Positions 18,962 through 26,567 of a DNA stretch of 64,000 nucleotides are shown here, piece after piece. A program made the translations under genes and the position numbers. The stretch is from a virus. Numbering within the stretch: position 1 is the stretch's first letter; each line of letters starts with the position of its first letter. The notes beneath the pieces are model-generated. The model searched no databases, was not told the DNA's origin, and was given only the letters and a program-made list of their open reading frames with translations. The DNA lies in IMG/VR virus record IMGVR_UViG_3300037461_000726, positions 2,973 to 66,972 of that record; one strand, 5' to 3'.

Positions 18962-19630
18962 TTAACTAAAGTTCGCAACCTTTAACGCTTCCTCTTCCAT
19001 CGACTCCAGCGCCAGCTTTTGAATGGCCATCGCATCGTAATCATGCAAATTGTCCTGCGGATGGAAACAGAGAGTCCTCTTCACGTTGCCTGTCTTGTCA
19101 TCAAGTTCCTGAATATTCCGGCATTGTCCTTTCTTAATGCGGTACTTCTTGCCGCCGACAACGCCGACTTCAAAGTAATTCTTTTCCTTAAGTTCCTTCT
19201 TCTGCTGTTCATTGAGAACCAACTGCAGGAGAATTAAGGCCTTTTTCTCGCGCTCCTCAGCTTCCTTTGCCCGCTTTTCTGCAGCTACTCGCGCCTGTTC
19301 TTGTTCCTGCCTATATCGTTCTTCCCTTACCGTTCTTTCAGCTTCCGTTTCTTGTCTTACGTTAACGATGTCGGCCCCGCTTGTCCAAACCGTCCAAGCA
19401 GTGGTTGTTGCCGTTGCCGTTCTATAATCCGATGAATAAGTTACCCCGGCCCTTGTCCACACCTTCCATGCCGTAGTTGTTGCCGCATTAGAAACAGCAG
19501 CCGTTGAATCGGTCCAACTTGTCCAAGCGGTATCCTGATATACGGCGGTTTTTACGGTGTAGGCACCCGATGTCCACGTTCTCCATCTGGAATCTGACGA
19601 ATCAATGTATTCTGTCGATGCCATAATCAC
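18962..19630 (-). CDS. Hypothetical protein with four WxxWT repeats and a C-terminal globular domain
   Basis: WRTWTS, AWTSWTD, TTTAWKVWT, TTTAWTVWTS; then coiled coil; LCFHP...D..AIQKLALE. Confidence 0.65.
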   Translation of the reverse strand: MIMASTEYIDSSDSRWRTWTSGAYTVKTAVYQDTAWTSWTDSTAAVSNAATTTAWKVWTRAGVTYSSDYRTATATTTAWTVWTSGADIVNVRQETEAERTVREERYRQEQEQARVAAEKRAKEAEEREKKALILLQLVLNEQQKKELKEKNYFEVGVVGGKKYRIKKGQCRNIQELDDKTGNVKRTLCFHPQDNLHDYDAMAIQKLALESMEEEALKVANFS

Positions 19631-19854
19631 CCTCCTTGAAGTTTAGGTGACATGATAATCATCTCAAGGTCAGGGTCAAATTCCTGTATGACCTTACCCT
19701 TGTCTCCACCCTTCTTTACAGAGAAGGCAAGATAGCCCTTCTTTTTCATCTTGTTAAACGTCTCCTCTGCAGTGCTAACTTCGTCCTTCTTTTCCGGGTC
19801 CCAAATAAGCTTGAGGTCTCCCGCCATCTTGTCCGCTACTCTTAGTTCGCCCAT
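19627..19854 (-). CDS. Small protein ending in di-glycine
   Basis: GDLKLIWDP...EFDP....SPKLQGG; overlaps the next ORF by 4 nt. Confidence 0.65.
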   Translation of the reverse strand: MGELRVADKMAGDLKLIWDPEKKDEVSTAEETFNKMKKKGYLAFSVKKGGDKGKVIQEFDPDLEMIIMSPKLQGG

Positions 19855-19874
19855 TAGTTATTCCTCCTTTTTGT

Positions 19875-20060
19875 TTAAAAGTCATCTCTTATTGATATAA
19901 GCTCATTTAAAGCTCTTCTTTGTTTTCCTTTTGCTTCTTTACTATACTCATCAGACCCGGATACTTGTTCAATAACAATACTGGACAAGCTCTTTATTGC
20001 CTTTTCGATGTGCTCCTTTGCTTCATCAAGACATTCATCTGCTGGAGTGCGTACTGACAT
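19875..20060 (-). CDS. Hypothetical protein
   Basis: RBS aggaga. Confidence 0.5.
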   Translation of the reverse strand: MSVRTPADECLDEAKEHIEKAIKSLSSIVIEQVSGSDEYSKEAKGKQRRALNELISIRDDF

Positions 20061-20063
20061 GTT

Positions 20064-20267
20064 TCAATCTCCTTTCCTTTTTTCGTATACCTTTATCGTT
20101 ATCGTTATCGTCCTATATCCTGAATAGAACCTTTGAACGCTTACCCAGTCCAGACAACTTTGGTTTGTGTCATGCTCTACCCGTACGTCACAATTCATGA
20201 CCTTCGCCTTACGGATGCTGCTCATCACCCCGGCGAATATGCTCCTCAGCATGGTTTTACTTACCAT
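20064..20267 (-). CDS. Hypothetical protein
   Basis: Coupled ORF. Confidence 0.45.
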   Translation of the reverse strand: MVSKTMLRSIFAGVMSSIRKAKVMNCDVRVEHDTNQSCLDWVSVQRFYSGYRTITITIKVYEKRKGD

Positions 20268-20445
20268 CTTGCATTCCCTTTATAAACCCACACCGGCCCT
20301 TTTTCGCGGAATATTCTACCCACATCATGCAATCCGATGCCGAGCATGTTCCAACCATCCCGAATGACTTATCGGCCATCCTCAAGAAATAAAGCCTTAC
20401 CGGGCACTCCTTTTTCTTTGCTTCCTTTTCAGTGTAAAGTTTCAT
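20257..20445 (-). CDS. Hypothetical protein (Cys-rich)
   Basis: EA..K.CP...C.ASDCMMW...G.CG. Confidence 0.5.
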   Translation of the reverse strand: MKLYTEKEAKKKECPVRLYFLRMADKSFGMVGTCSASDCMMWVEYSAKKGRCGFIKGMQDGK

Positions 20446-20447
20446 GT

Positions 20448-20666
20448 TCAGTTGAACCCCTCAATAAATTTTCGCATTTCTTCCACGCTTTTTAATTTGC
20501 CGCCAAAGACCATCATGGTCCCGATTTGAAGTGCCGGGTGACTTTTTGTTTCCGAGTGCCCTTGTAAATCGGAAGCCATTGAAGCCCATGCATTTGTCAC
20601 GTCACCTACTTCAAGATATTTCAGCGCCCTTTCCTTACACCATGCTACATGTTCACTTCTCGTCAT
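20448..20666 (-). CDS. Hypothetical protein
   Basis: MTRSEHVAWCKERALKYL...R.FIEGFN. Confidence 0.55.
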   Translation of the reverse strand: MTRSEHVAWCKERALKYLEVGDVTNAWASMASDLQGHSETKSHPALQIGTMMVFGGKLKSVEEMRKFIEGFN

Positions 20667-20667
20667 G

Positions 20668-20997
20668 CTACTTTCCCCCTTTCTTATATCCGTTTATCGT
20701 GTCCTCAGACTCACACGCCGTCAATATTGCGGCGGTTATCATGCTTGACACCATTTTAGCCAGATTTTCCCTTCTAACAATCTGCCTTTGCGCTTCCATG
20801 AAACTAAAGCCATCAATTTCCCTTTCCCTTGGCAATGGAATCAAACCTTCCTGAGCCTGTATCATGTCAATTGCGTAGTTAAATTCTTGGTCTTCCTTGG
20901 ACCACGGCAACTGCACTATTACACTGATTTTAACCACGTCTTTCATCTCTTTATTCCCCTTTTGATTCCTTAAAAAACTGGCTATTAAAATCCGCAA
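20668..20997 (-). CDS. Hypothetical protein (start probably internal MKDVV)
   Basis: Coupled ORF. Confidence 0.45.
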   Translation of the reverse strand: MRILIASFLRNQKGNKEMKDVVKISVIVQLPWSKEDQEFNYAIDMIQAQEGLIPLPREREIDGFSFMEAQRQIVRRENLAKMVSSMITAAILTACESEDTINGYKKGGK

Positions 20998-21163
20998 ACT
21001 TCGGCATGTTCTTGTTCCGTATCAACTGCTCCCTGTACATCTTTAAATTGACGATTCCAGTCAATATCTCCATCACATACCTTTCCTTCAACTTGATTCT
21101 TTCATCGGCTTCCCTGATGTCATCATCAATCGAACGTTCCAGCTTTTTCTTTAGTTTTCCCAT
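20951..21163 (-). CDS. Hypothetical protein
   Basis: RBS gaggaga. Confidence 0.45.
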   Translation of the reverse strand: MGKLKKKLERSIDDDIREADERIKLKERYVMEILTGIVNLKMYREQLIRNKNMPKFADFNSQFFKESKGE

Positions 21164-21330
21164 CTCTCCACTCTCCTCTTAAAAAGTTACGCTTGCGGTC
21201 AACGTTGCACCGGCAAGCCAATAAACACCATGCCTTATGTCGCCTTTGTAGAAATAGATGATGCTGGCCATTACACTTAAAATTATCATTACAGTCGGCA
21301 ATATTCTTTCAATATTCATCTTTCCAAGTA

Positions 21331-21421
21331 GTCAGGGGGTCACATTCTCTTGTAATGACACAGAGCCCGACTTGCTACAAGTGCAGCCTACGATTCGAGT
21401 ATAGCTGTGATTCCCCCTGAC
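21331..21421 (-). ncRNA. Candidate multi-stem RNA directly after the Ro60 stop codon
   Basis: Closing stem GTCAGGGGG/CCCCCTGAC enclosing CAGC/GCTG, ACTTG/CAAGT and CTCT/AGAG hairpins. Confidence 0.45.
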
Positions 21422-21424
21422 CTT

Positions 21425-22813
21425 TCATTGCTCTATTTCTCTCTCATATTCACGTATCCAGTCAATCACCGACTCACTGAATCCGTCAATGTGCTTCCAT
21501 GGCCCATAACCTATGCCGTTTTGATAAGAAGCTACGTTGATTACATACCCCTTACCGTTAGGCGGTTGGATTACTTGATGAGACTGTTCATCCGTGATGA
21601 TGATTATCCTGTCATATCCTTCCTTAGTGGCAAGGTTGATGGCGCTTTGCGTATTCGTGCCGCTATGCTGCGCCTTGGAATGCAAGGCATCTCTCAGGGC
21701 AAACCCATGCCGGGAAGGAACGACAAACGCATCGTTACTAAATACGATTGTAACGATGTTATCGCATATTTCCCTAACAAGGATAGCCACACCACACGCG
21801 GCTTCAAACCGGTCTATCTCCGACTTACTGGAAACAGGAGTGCCGAACATTGACCCGCTGCCATCGATGACCAGTGCGGTCTTTCCTTTCAACTTTTCAT
21901 GTTCACCAAGGCACTTCAACATGACCGGCTCAATCCGGTTTTCCCATTGCGGCGCATATTTTGCCGCCGAAATGAACCGAAAAGGAAGAATGCGGTCCGT
22001 CTTTGCCCTATCCAATCCGTTGAATATGACGGACTCCCTCACACCGGCTTCCTTCATGTTCCTCAGGTTACGCAACAGGGCCAGAGCTCCAAGCTTATTT
22101 TCATTTATCAGCCGTTCCCACGTTGCCTTCTTATCCTTACCTGCAGATAATGCAACTTCCCAAGTATCGGGAATAGGCAACGTGCCCTTGATTAACTGGT
22201 CAAGCAGAACGCTACCCTCACCTTCCGGAAAAAATTCACTTTCCTTTCTCGTCTGCTTGGTGTATCCCTTCACGCCGTCCTTCGGCTTCACATGACAGAG
22301 GAACGCGACATCCTTCAACTTAATCTCATCATCACGGTTATACTTCGCCAACTGATAGGCATTGAACTTAGTAAACGCTTTTGCTAGTCCCTTCTTCACC
22401 TGAGCAGACAGCGGCGCATTCTTGCCGTTTGCTCTCTTCGGTTCGTCCTTCCAGTACAGGCTTAGAAATTCGGTCAACTCATCAGGCCGCTGGATTACCT
22501 GCTCCAACACTTTCGCGGTGCCTACAAATCTTGCCTTGGCAAGTTCCCTTACCAACAGAAGCGGAACATGCCGAAGCTTGAACTTGGTTCGCGCATCGAT
22601 GGCCAGTTGTGCTACCTGTTCGCAGCTAACCTGATGCGCAAGCATCTTTATTCTTTCCGCTACGCTCGTGCCGTCTTCATAAAACTCACCTTCCCAAAGC
22701 ATACACGAACACACCGACCTACGCAATGCTTGATAGGGGTTGATGTGCGCCGCCCTAGCACCTTCATGAGTGTAAATAGGATTTTTCTTACTTGCTACAT
22801 TTGTTTTCGCCAT
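21425..22813 (-). CDS. rsr: Ro60/TROVE domain RNA-binding protein (Rsr-like) with C-terminal vWA
   Basis: THEGA..., LRRSVCSCMLWEGEFYEDG, FNAYQLAKYNR, LALLRNLRN, ILPFRFISAA; MIDAS DGSGS, IIITDEQ. Confidence 0.92.
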   Translation of the reverse strand: MAKTNVASKKNPIYTHEGARAAHINPYQALRRSVCSCMLWEGEFYEDGTSVAERIKMLAHQVSCEQVAQLAIDARTKFKLRHVPLLLVRELAKARFVGTAKVLEQVIQRPDELTEFLSLYWKDEPKRANGKNAPLSAQVKKGLAKAFTKFNAYQLAKYNRDDEIKLKDVAFLCHVKPKDGVKGYTKQTRKESEFFPEGEGSVLLDQLIKGTLPIPDTWEVALSAGKDKKATWERLINENKLGALALLRNLRNMKEAGVRESVIFNGLDRAKTDRILPFRFISAAKYAPQWENRIEPVMLKCLGEHEKLKGKTALVIDGSGSMFGTPVSSKSEIDRFEAACGVAILVREICDNIVTIVFSNDAFVVPSRHGFALRDALHSKAQHSGTNTQSAINLATKEGYDRIIIITDEQSHQVIQPPNGKGYVINVASYQNGIGYGPWKHIDGFSESVIDWIREYEREIEQ

Positions 22814-22837
22814 ATCGTCTCTCCTTTTTTATTTTCA

Positions 22838-22945
22838 ATCGGGGAACTATCGGGCTCAGAAGTCTGTGTCCACACACCAAAGGCGGGAGTCGAACCCGCA
22901 ACGCCATTTTTTCAGAATGAAGTATCTGAACTCTACGCCACCGAT
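22838..22945 (-). ncRNA. Y RNA-like element 4 (YrlA-like, retains T arm)
   Basis: ATCGG-T-GG-CGTA-GAGTTCAG-ATACTTC ... GCGGG-TTCGACT-CCCGC ... CTGAGCCC-GATAGTT-CC-CCGAT; ends pair; immediately upstream of rsr. Confidence 0.7.
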
Positions 22946-22955
22946 TTTTATTTTT

Positions 22956-23030
22956 GCCGGGGGATAAACGATAAAGGAATTTTTTCAGCTACCAAAAGTT
23001 GATGAAGTATCCATTATCTACGCCACCGGT
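22956..23030 (-). ncRNA. Y RNA-like element 3 (minimal, no tRNA arms)
   Basis: CCGG-T-GG-CGTA-GATAATGG-ATACTTC ... CCTTTATC-GTTTATC-CC-CCGG. Confidence 0.65.
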
Positions 23031-23046
23031 TTTTATCAAAATGAAG

Positions 23047-23183
23047 AGTGGTGAACGGGAATCGAACCCGCGACCCGCTGATTGCAGTGAAGTATCTCTT
23101 ATCTACACCACGGTCAGGTAAACCGGGAAAAAGCGACAAAAGTCTTTTCTAGTCGGCTGCTCTACCAACTGAGCTATCGCCAC
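23047..23183 (-). ncRNA. tRNA-ordered Y-like RNA 2 (tRNA body, Ro-binding-type stem in the anticodon position)
   Basis: Acceptor GTGGCGA/TCACCAC, D arm GCTC-AGTTGGTA-GAGC, T arm GCGGG-TTCGATT-CCCGT, insert CTTTTGTC...GATAAGAG-ATACTTC. Confidence 0.7.
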
Positions 23184-23197
23184 TCTCCTTATTCTAG

Positions 23198-23324
23198 GGA
23201 TGGGGGCAGGATTCGAACCTGCGGCCTCATCATTAGAAGTGAAGTAACCATGACCTACGCCAGTCTTTCAACGGAAAAAGCGGCCAAGGAAATTTTCGCG
23301 CTCTACCCACTGAGCTACCCCATC
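23198..23324 (-). ncRNA. tRNA-ordered Y-like RNA 1
   Basis: Acceptor GATGGGG/CCCCATC 7/7, D arm GCTC-AGTGGGTA-GAGC, T arm GCAGG-TTCGAAT-CCTGC, insert CCTTGGCC...GGTCATGG-TTACTTC; no encoded CCA. Confidence 0.7.
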
Positions 23325-23331
23325 CATACCC

Positions 23332-23343
23332 TTTCAAAGAACC
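23332..23343 (-). promoter_or_regulatory. boxA-like antitermination site
   Basis: GGTTCTTTGAAA between the promoter and the first RNA element, as in rRNA operon leaders. Confidence 0.45.
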
Positions 23344-23373
23344 AATTTCAAACATCTCTTTCTCTTAACTGCA

Positions 23374-23412
23374 ATTAAATCACAGTTGCTATTCCCCTGT
23401 CAAGATACAAAC
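23374..23412 (-). promoter_or_regulatory. sigma70-type promoter of the Y RNA/rsr operon
   Basis: GTTTGTATC-TTGACA-N18-TTTAAT with TG upstream of -10. Confidence 0.65.
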
Positions 23413-23420
23413 TTTGATAT

Positions 23421-23606
23421 CTAATCGCCAACTTTCACAAACATCATGGCCTGTGAATACAAAAGCAACGCACTTTCGCCGCGATGTGTTACGCATATTC
23501 CTCCCATAGGAATATAACCATCTTTCATTTTAGTGTTTACAATTTTCTCGATTAATGAACTGTCATTACTTATGCACGATAAAATTATATACTCTTCCAT
23601 TTTCAT
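23421..23606 (-). CDS. Small hypothetical protein (DUF1737-like)
   Basis: EYIIL...V...MKDGYIPMGGI......YSQAM. Confidence 0.5.
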   Translation of the reverse strand: MKMEEYIILSCISNDSSLIEKIVNTKMKDGYIPMGGICVTHRGESALLLYSQAMMFVKVGD

Positions 23607-23878
23607 CTCCTTTTTCTTGTATTTAAACCAGATATTTTATATTTTGGTGTATCCATGCCAACTCCGGCCATGGCCATCATTAACGCCACCCCCAACATCG
23701 GCACATAACTTTTAGAATGTCTTTTATATTCGATTCCCCATAATGGTTTTGGCGGGTCTAGAAAATTTAAGAGGTCAAGTGTTTTCATCATTTTTTTCTT
23801 TTCCTCTTCCATTTCTATTTTTCGTATAGCCTGGGCCACTCTTTCTTCCCTTGTTCCTCTATTCTTAGCCGCGCCCAT
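23603..23878 (-). CDS. Hypothetical protein
   Basis: MGAAKNRGTREERVAQAI; coupled ORF. Confidence 0.55.
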   Translation of the reverse strand: MGAAKNRGTREERVAQAIRKIEMEEEKKKMMKTLDLLNFLDPPKPLWGIEYKRHSKSYVPMLGVALMMAMAGVGMDTPKYKISGLNTRKRR

Positions 23879-24350
23879 TATTCCTTTTCTCCCTTAATTT
23901 ATGCATGTTCAATTCCCTGTCCAACCTCATGGTCTCATTTTCCAACACCTTGGTGTACGTCCAGAACCAAGAAAGCCCATTTCTTTTCTGAAAATTCTGC
24001 GGCTTCTTTTTCCAGACCATGCCCACACTTTCAAGGTTACTGGTCAGTTTCTTCTTTTCCAGTATGTACAACAGACCAAACGGCTTTTCAATCTCATTCG
24101 GCTTAATCAGGTCTTCCGGGCAGACGATTGATAGGGATGAACAGAACTGCGAATACAAAACCCATTTATCGTCCTGCAGCCAATCAGTGCGGGAAATCTT
24201 GATTTCAAAGCCGCGAATCCAACGCTTGGCGATGTTTATTACAATCGCATCAATTCTCAGCTCCCTGTGCGTGTATTCTGGAACGTATATGCTTGACGTG
24301 TTGAATGCGAACGAATTTCTGAGCCTATCCTTAATTTCCTGTGATGTCAT
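23865..24350 (-). CDS. MmcB-like PD-(D/E)XK nuclease
   Basis: RIDAIVI...IRGFEIKISRTDWLQD.KW..Y. Confidence 0.7.
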   Translation of the reverse strand: MTSQEIKDRLRNSFAFNTSSIYVPEYTHRELRIDAIVINIAKRWIRGFEIKISRTDWLQDDKWVLYSQFCSSLSIVCPEDLIKPNEIEKPFGLLYILEKKKLTSNLESVGMVWKKKPQNFQKRNGLSWFWTYTKVLENETMRLDRELNMHKLREKRNNGRG

Positions 24351-24536
24351 TTAGTCTCCAGTCATCGCATGATGACAGTAGATTTCCCAACAGTTGGCGC
24401 ACATTTCCAATTTGAGTTTCTCATTACCGCCCATCTTAACATAATTTTTATGTGCCTCTTCATTGTGCTGTTGCTCCTTAATTGTCAATTTCCCCCCGCA
24501 ATCCTCACATCTTGGCTCCATCTCTCCTCCTCTCAC
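24351..24536 (-). CDS. Zn-ribbon hypothetical protein
   Basis: CEDC...CANC. Confidence 0.45.
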   Translation of the reverse strand: MRGGEMEPRCEDCGGKLTIKEQQHNEEAHKNYVKMGGNEKLKLEMCANCWEIYCHHAMTGD

Positions 24537-24718
24537 AGTTGGTTATCATGCTTACTTGCCAGTATCCTTAATTCCTCTGCCTTATCAAAGAAATGGTCAT
24601 GTCCGTATGCAGGTGAAAATCCATTGGCTTCCTTTACAGAATTGGCGACCTTCATCCCTTCTATTTCCGCTTGAACCGCTAAAACCAAGGCCAGTCTCTT
24701 AACGTCAAATTTTTCCAT
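24533..24718 (-). CDS. Hypothetical protein
   Basis: AEIEGMKVAN......SPAY...F. Confidence 0.55.
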   Translation of the reverse strand: MEKFDVKRLALVLAVQAEIEGMKVANSVKEANGFSPAYGHDHFFDKAEELRILASKHDNQL

Positions 24719-24938
24719 TTTTTCTCTCCTCCCTGCATAAAGTGGTGCATGGCAGCACCCAAAGTCCGGGAACCTTTCCTCTTCTCAACTTCTTGCCGTA
24801 CTTCAAGCAACGATGATTGTTGCGTTTATCCTTTATGTAAAATTTGCAATGCAAACAATTTACGTTACCCCCGCTCATATCTTTTTCCATACATACGCAT
24901 TCCCGCAGACCGTCATAATCATAAATGCAGTGCTCCAA
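24705..24938 (-). CDS. Cys-rich hypothetical protein
   Basis: Coupled ORF. Confidence 0.45.
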   Translation of the reverse strand: MEHCIYDYDGLRECVCMEKDMSGGNVNCLHCKFYIKDKRNNHRCLKYGKKLRRGKVPGLWVLPCTTLCREERKNGKI

Positions 24939-25071
24939 TAGAACGCTTCATCCGCAGACTTGCCCTGAATCATCAGGTACATCCAAGTGAATACATACAT
25001 TAACCCGGTTCCAATCAACATTACGATAAACGCCAACAAAGTTTTAAAGTTCATGTTCTCTCCTTATTAAA

Positions 25072-25422
25072 TCAGTAACAAAACCAGTAATGACACTTCG
25101 TGCACTCTACACCGCCGCCCCCATCAAGACCCTTTGCCCGTATTTCTGCTCCACATTCCGGGCACTTGTCATCCGCTTCTATAAATTCGTTCTCCCATTC
25201 ATAATAAGGGGTCGAATCAAGGCCCATAGACTCTGCACAACACGGTTGCCCTTTTTCAATCGGTTTGTTGCAGATGTCACAGAACATCTCCCTCTTGGCC
25301 TTACCGTTAACCTTTTTATTCCACTCACCGGCATACTTCTTCTCGTACGGAATCAGGTTATCTGCATCGGTGTGCATGACCGACTTGTTCATGCAACTTT
25401 CACACAAAATTTGTCTTTTCAT
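25072..25422 (-). CDS. Cys-rich hypothetical protein
   Basis: CESC, CDIC, CPEC, CTKC. Confidence 0.55.
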   Translation of the reverse strand: MKRQILCESCMNKSVMHTDADNLIPYEKKYAGEWNKKVNGKAKREMFCDICNKPIEKGQPCCAESMGLDSTPYYEWENEFIEADDKCPECGAEIRAKGLDGGGGVECTKCHYWFCY

Positions 25423-25425
25423 CTC

Positions 25426-25884
25426 TTACTCTCCTTTTTTATTTTTCATCAGTTCTAACGCCTTCAACCGCGCCCGGCGCTTCTTCGTGGCTTCTATGTA
25501 CTTCTTCCTTGCCTCTTCCGGGTGTTCACGTCTCCACTGCTTCAGTTTCTCTCTCCTGTTTTGATTCATGATTGACACCTTCTCGACATTCTTGGCCCGC
25601 CATTCCCTATTCCTCTTCAACACCTTCGGGTTGGCAAAATATTCAGGGTCATCCTTCCTTGAGCACAGGATACAGGTAGTCTCATCCGTAAAATCAATCG
25701 GGTAAATCTTCGACTTCCTGCAGTACCTGCACGTACGAAAGTGGGGCCGCCGCAAAACATCAAGGTCAATTGGTCCTTTTTTCTTTCTCGTCTTCCCGGA
25801 GCAAGCCCCACATGCCCCACTCTCATTGACGGTCTCAACTATACTGCCACATTTCAAACACCGGATTACGTCACCATCGACCAT
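25426..25884 (-). CDS. Zn-finger hypothetical protein, first gene of the leftward arm
   Basis: CLKC, CGAC, CRYC, CILC; basic helical C-terminus. Confidence 0.55.
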   Translation of the reverse strand: MVDGDVIRCLKCGSIVETVNESGACGACSGKTRKKKGPIDLDVLRRPHFRTCRYCRKSKIYPIDFTDETTCILCSRKDDPEYFANPKVLKRNREWRAKNVEKVSIMNQNRREKLKQWRREHPEEARKKYIEATKKRRARLKALELMKNKKGE

Positions 25885-25908
25885 ATATCGTTATCCTCCT
25901 CAGTTGCC

Positions 25909-25947
25909 ATCTTACCATGGTTATGTCTCATTTGTCAAGGTACAAAC
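25909..25947 (-). promoter_or_regulatory. sigma70-type promoter, start of the leftward arm
   Basis: GTTTGTACC-TTGACA-N18-TAAGAT, TG extended. Confidence 0.65.
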
Positions 25948-25990
25948 TACACATAACAGGCGATTAAAGATAGTGTATATATGCCGTTTC

Positions 25991-26345
25991 CATCGGACAT
26001 AACAGGCATTGTATATTCAGAACCCGCGTGGTTATTACACTCTGTCAATATGGCCTTTCTGAGTGTGCATAAGTTGTTATGTCCGATGAAATGACACTAC
26101 TTTATGCCCGCAAAGACATTTAGAATACCATAGCGCCGGGACCCGCGTCCTTATTACACTTTGTTGGTATCAGGCATGTTATGTCCGATGAAAAGGGTAT
26201 AAAGATATTTCCAAACATCGGACATAATATATTCATGACGTTATGTCCGATGAAAAATACGTATAAAAATATGAAAAGGGTTATGTGACAAAACCCGCGT
26301 GGTTATTAAATTTTGTTAATATTGAACATGTTATGTGTAATGAAA
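25991..26345. repeat. Two families of iteron-like repeats in the strand-switch region
   Basis: GTTATGTCCGATGAAA direct at 26076, 26178, 26240; inverted CATCGGACATAA at 25991, 26216; degenerate copy at 26330; ACCCGCGT(GG/CC)TTATTA at 26022, 26141, 26293. Confidence 0.85.
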
Positions 26346-26529
26346 AATGGTTTAAAGATATTTCCCCGTTCCGAGTTTCCGTGAGCGAATCCGTGTGTAC
26401 CGTAGGTACACCGGATACGCGGACCTTTGATTTGTTGTGTAGTTGTAAGTGTAGGTGCCCGGTGCAGTATCAAATATAGAGGGCCATATATCGTTATCGG
26501 GGGCCGGGTACCGTCCGAAACTCAATGTG

Positions 26530-26567
26530 GTTTGTATCTTGACAAAACTTTTACCGCGTGTTTTAAT
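26530..26567 (+). promoter_or_regulatory. sigma70-type promoter, start of the rightward arm
   Basis: GTTTGTATC-TTGACA-N17-TTTAAT, TG extended. Confidence 0.65.

Noticed and set aside
23047-23324. Functional tRNA genes with group I or archaeal-type introns
   Set aside because: The inserts are only about 50-60 nt, far too short for group I introns, and I see no bulge-helix-bulge. The anticodon stem of element 1 does not pair, and the insert matches the motif of Y-like elements 3 and 4.
25991-26345. CRISPR array
   Set aside because: The repeats are only 13-20 bp, occur in both orientations, are irregularly spaced and belong to two interleaved families. The Cas4-like gene at 7895 is an ordinary phage exonuclease.
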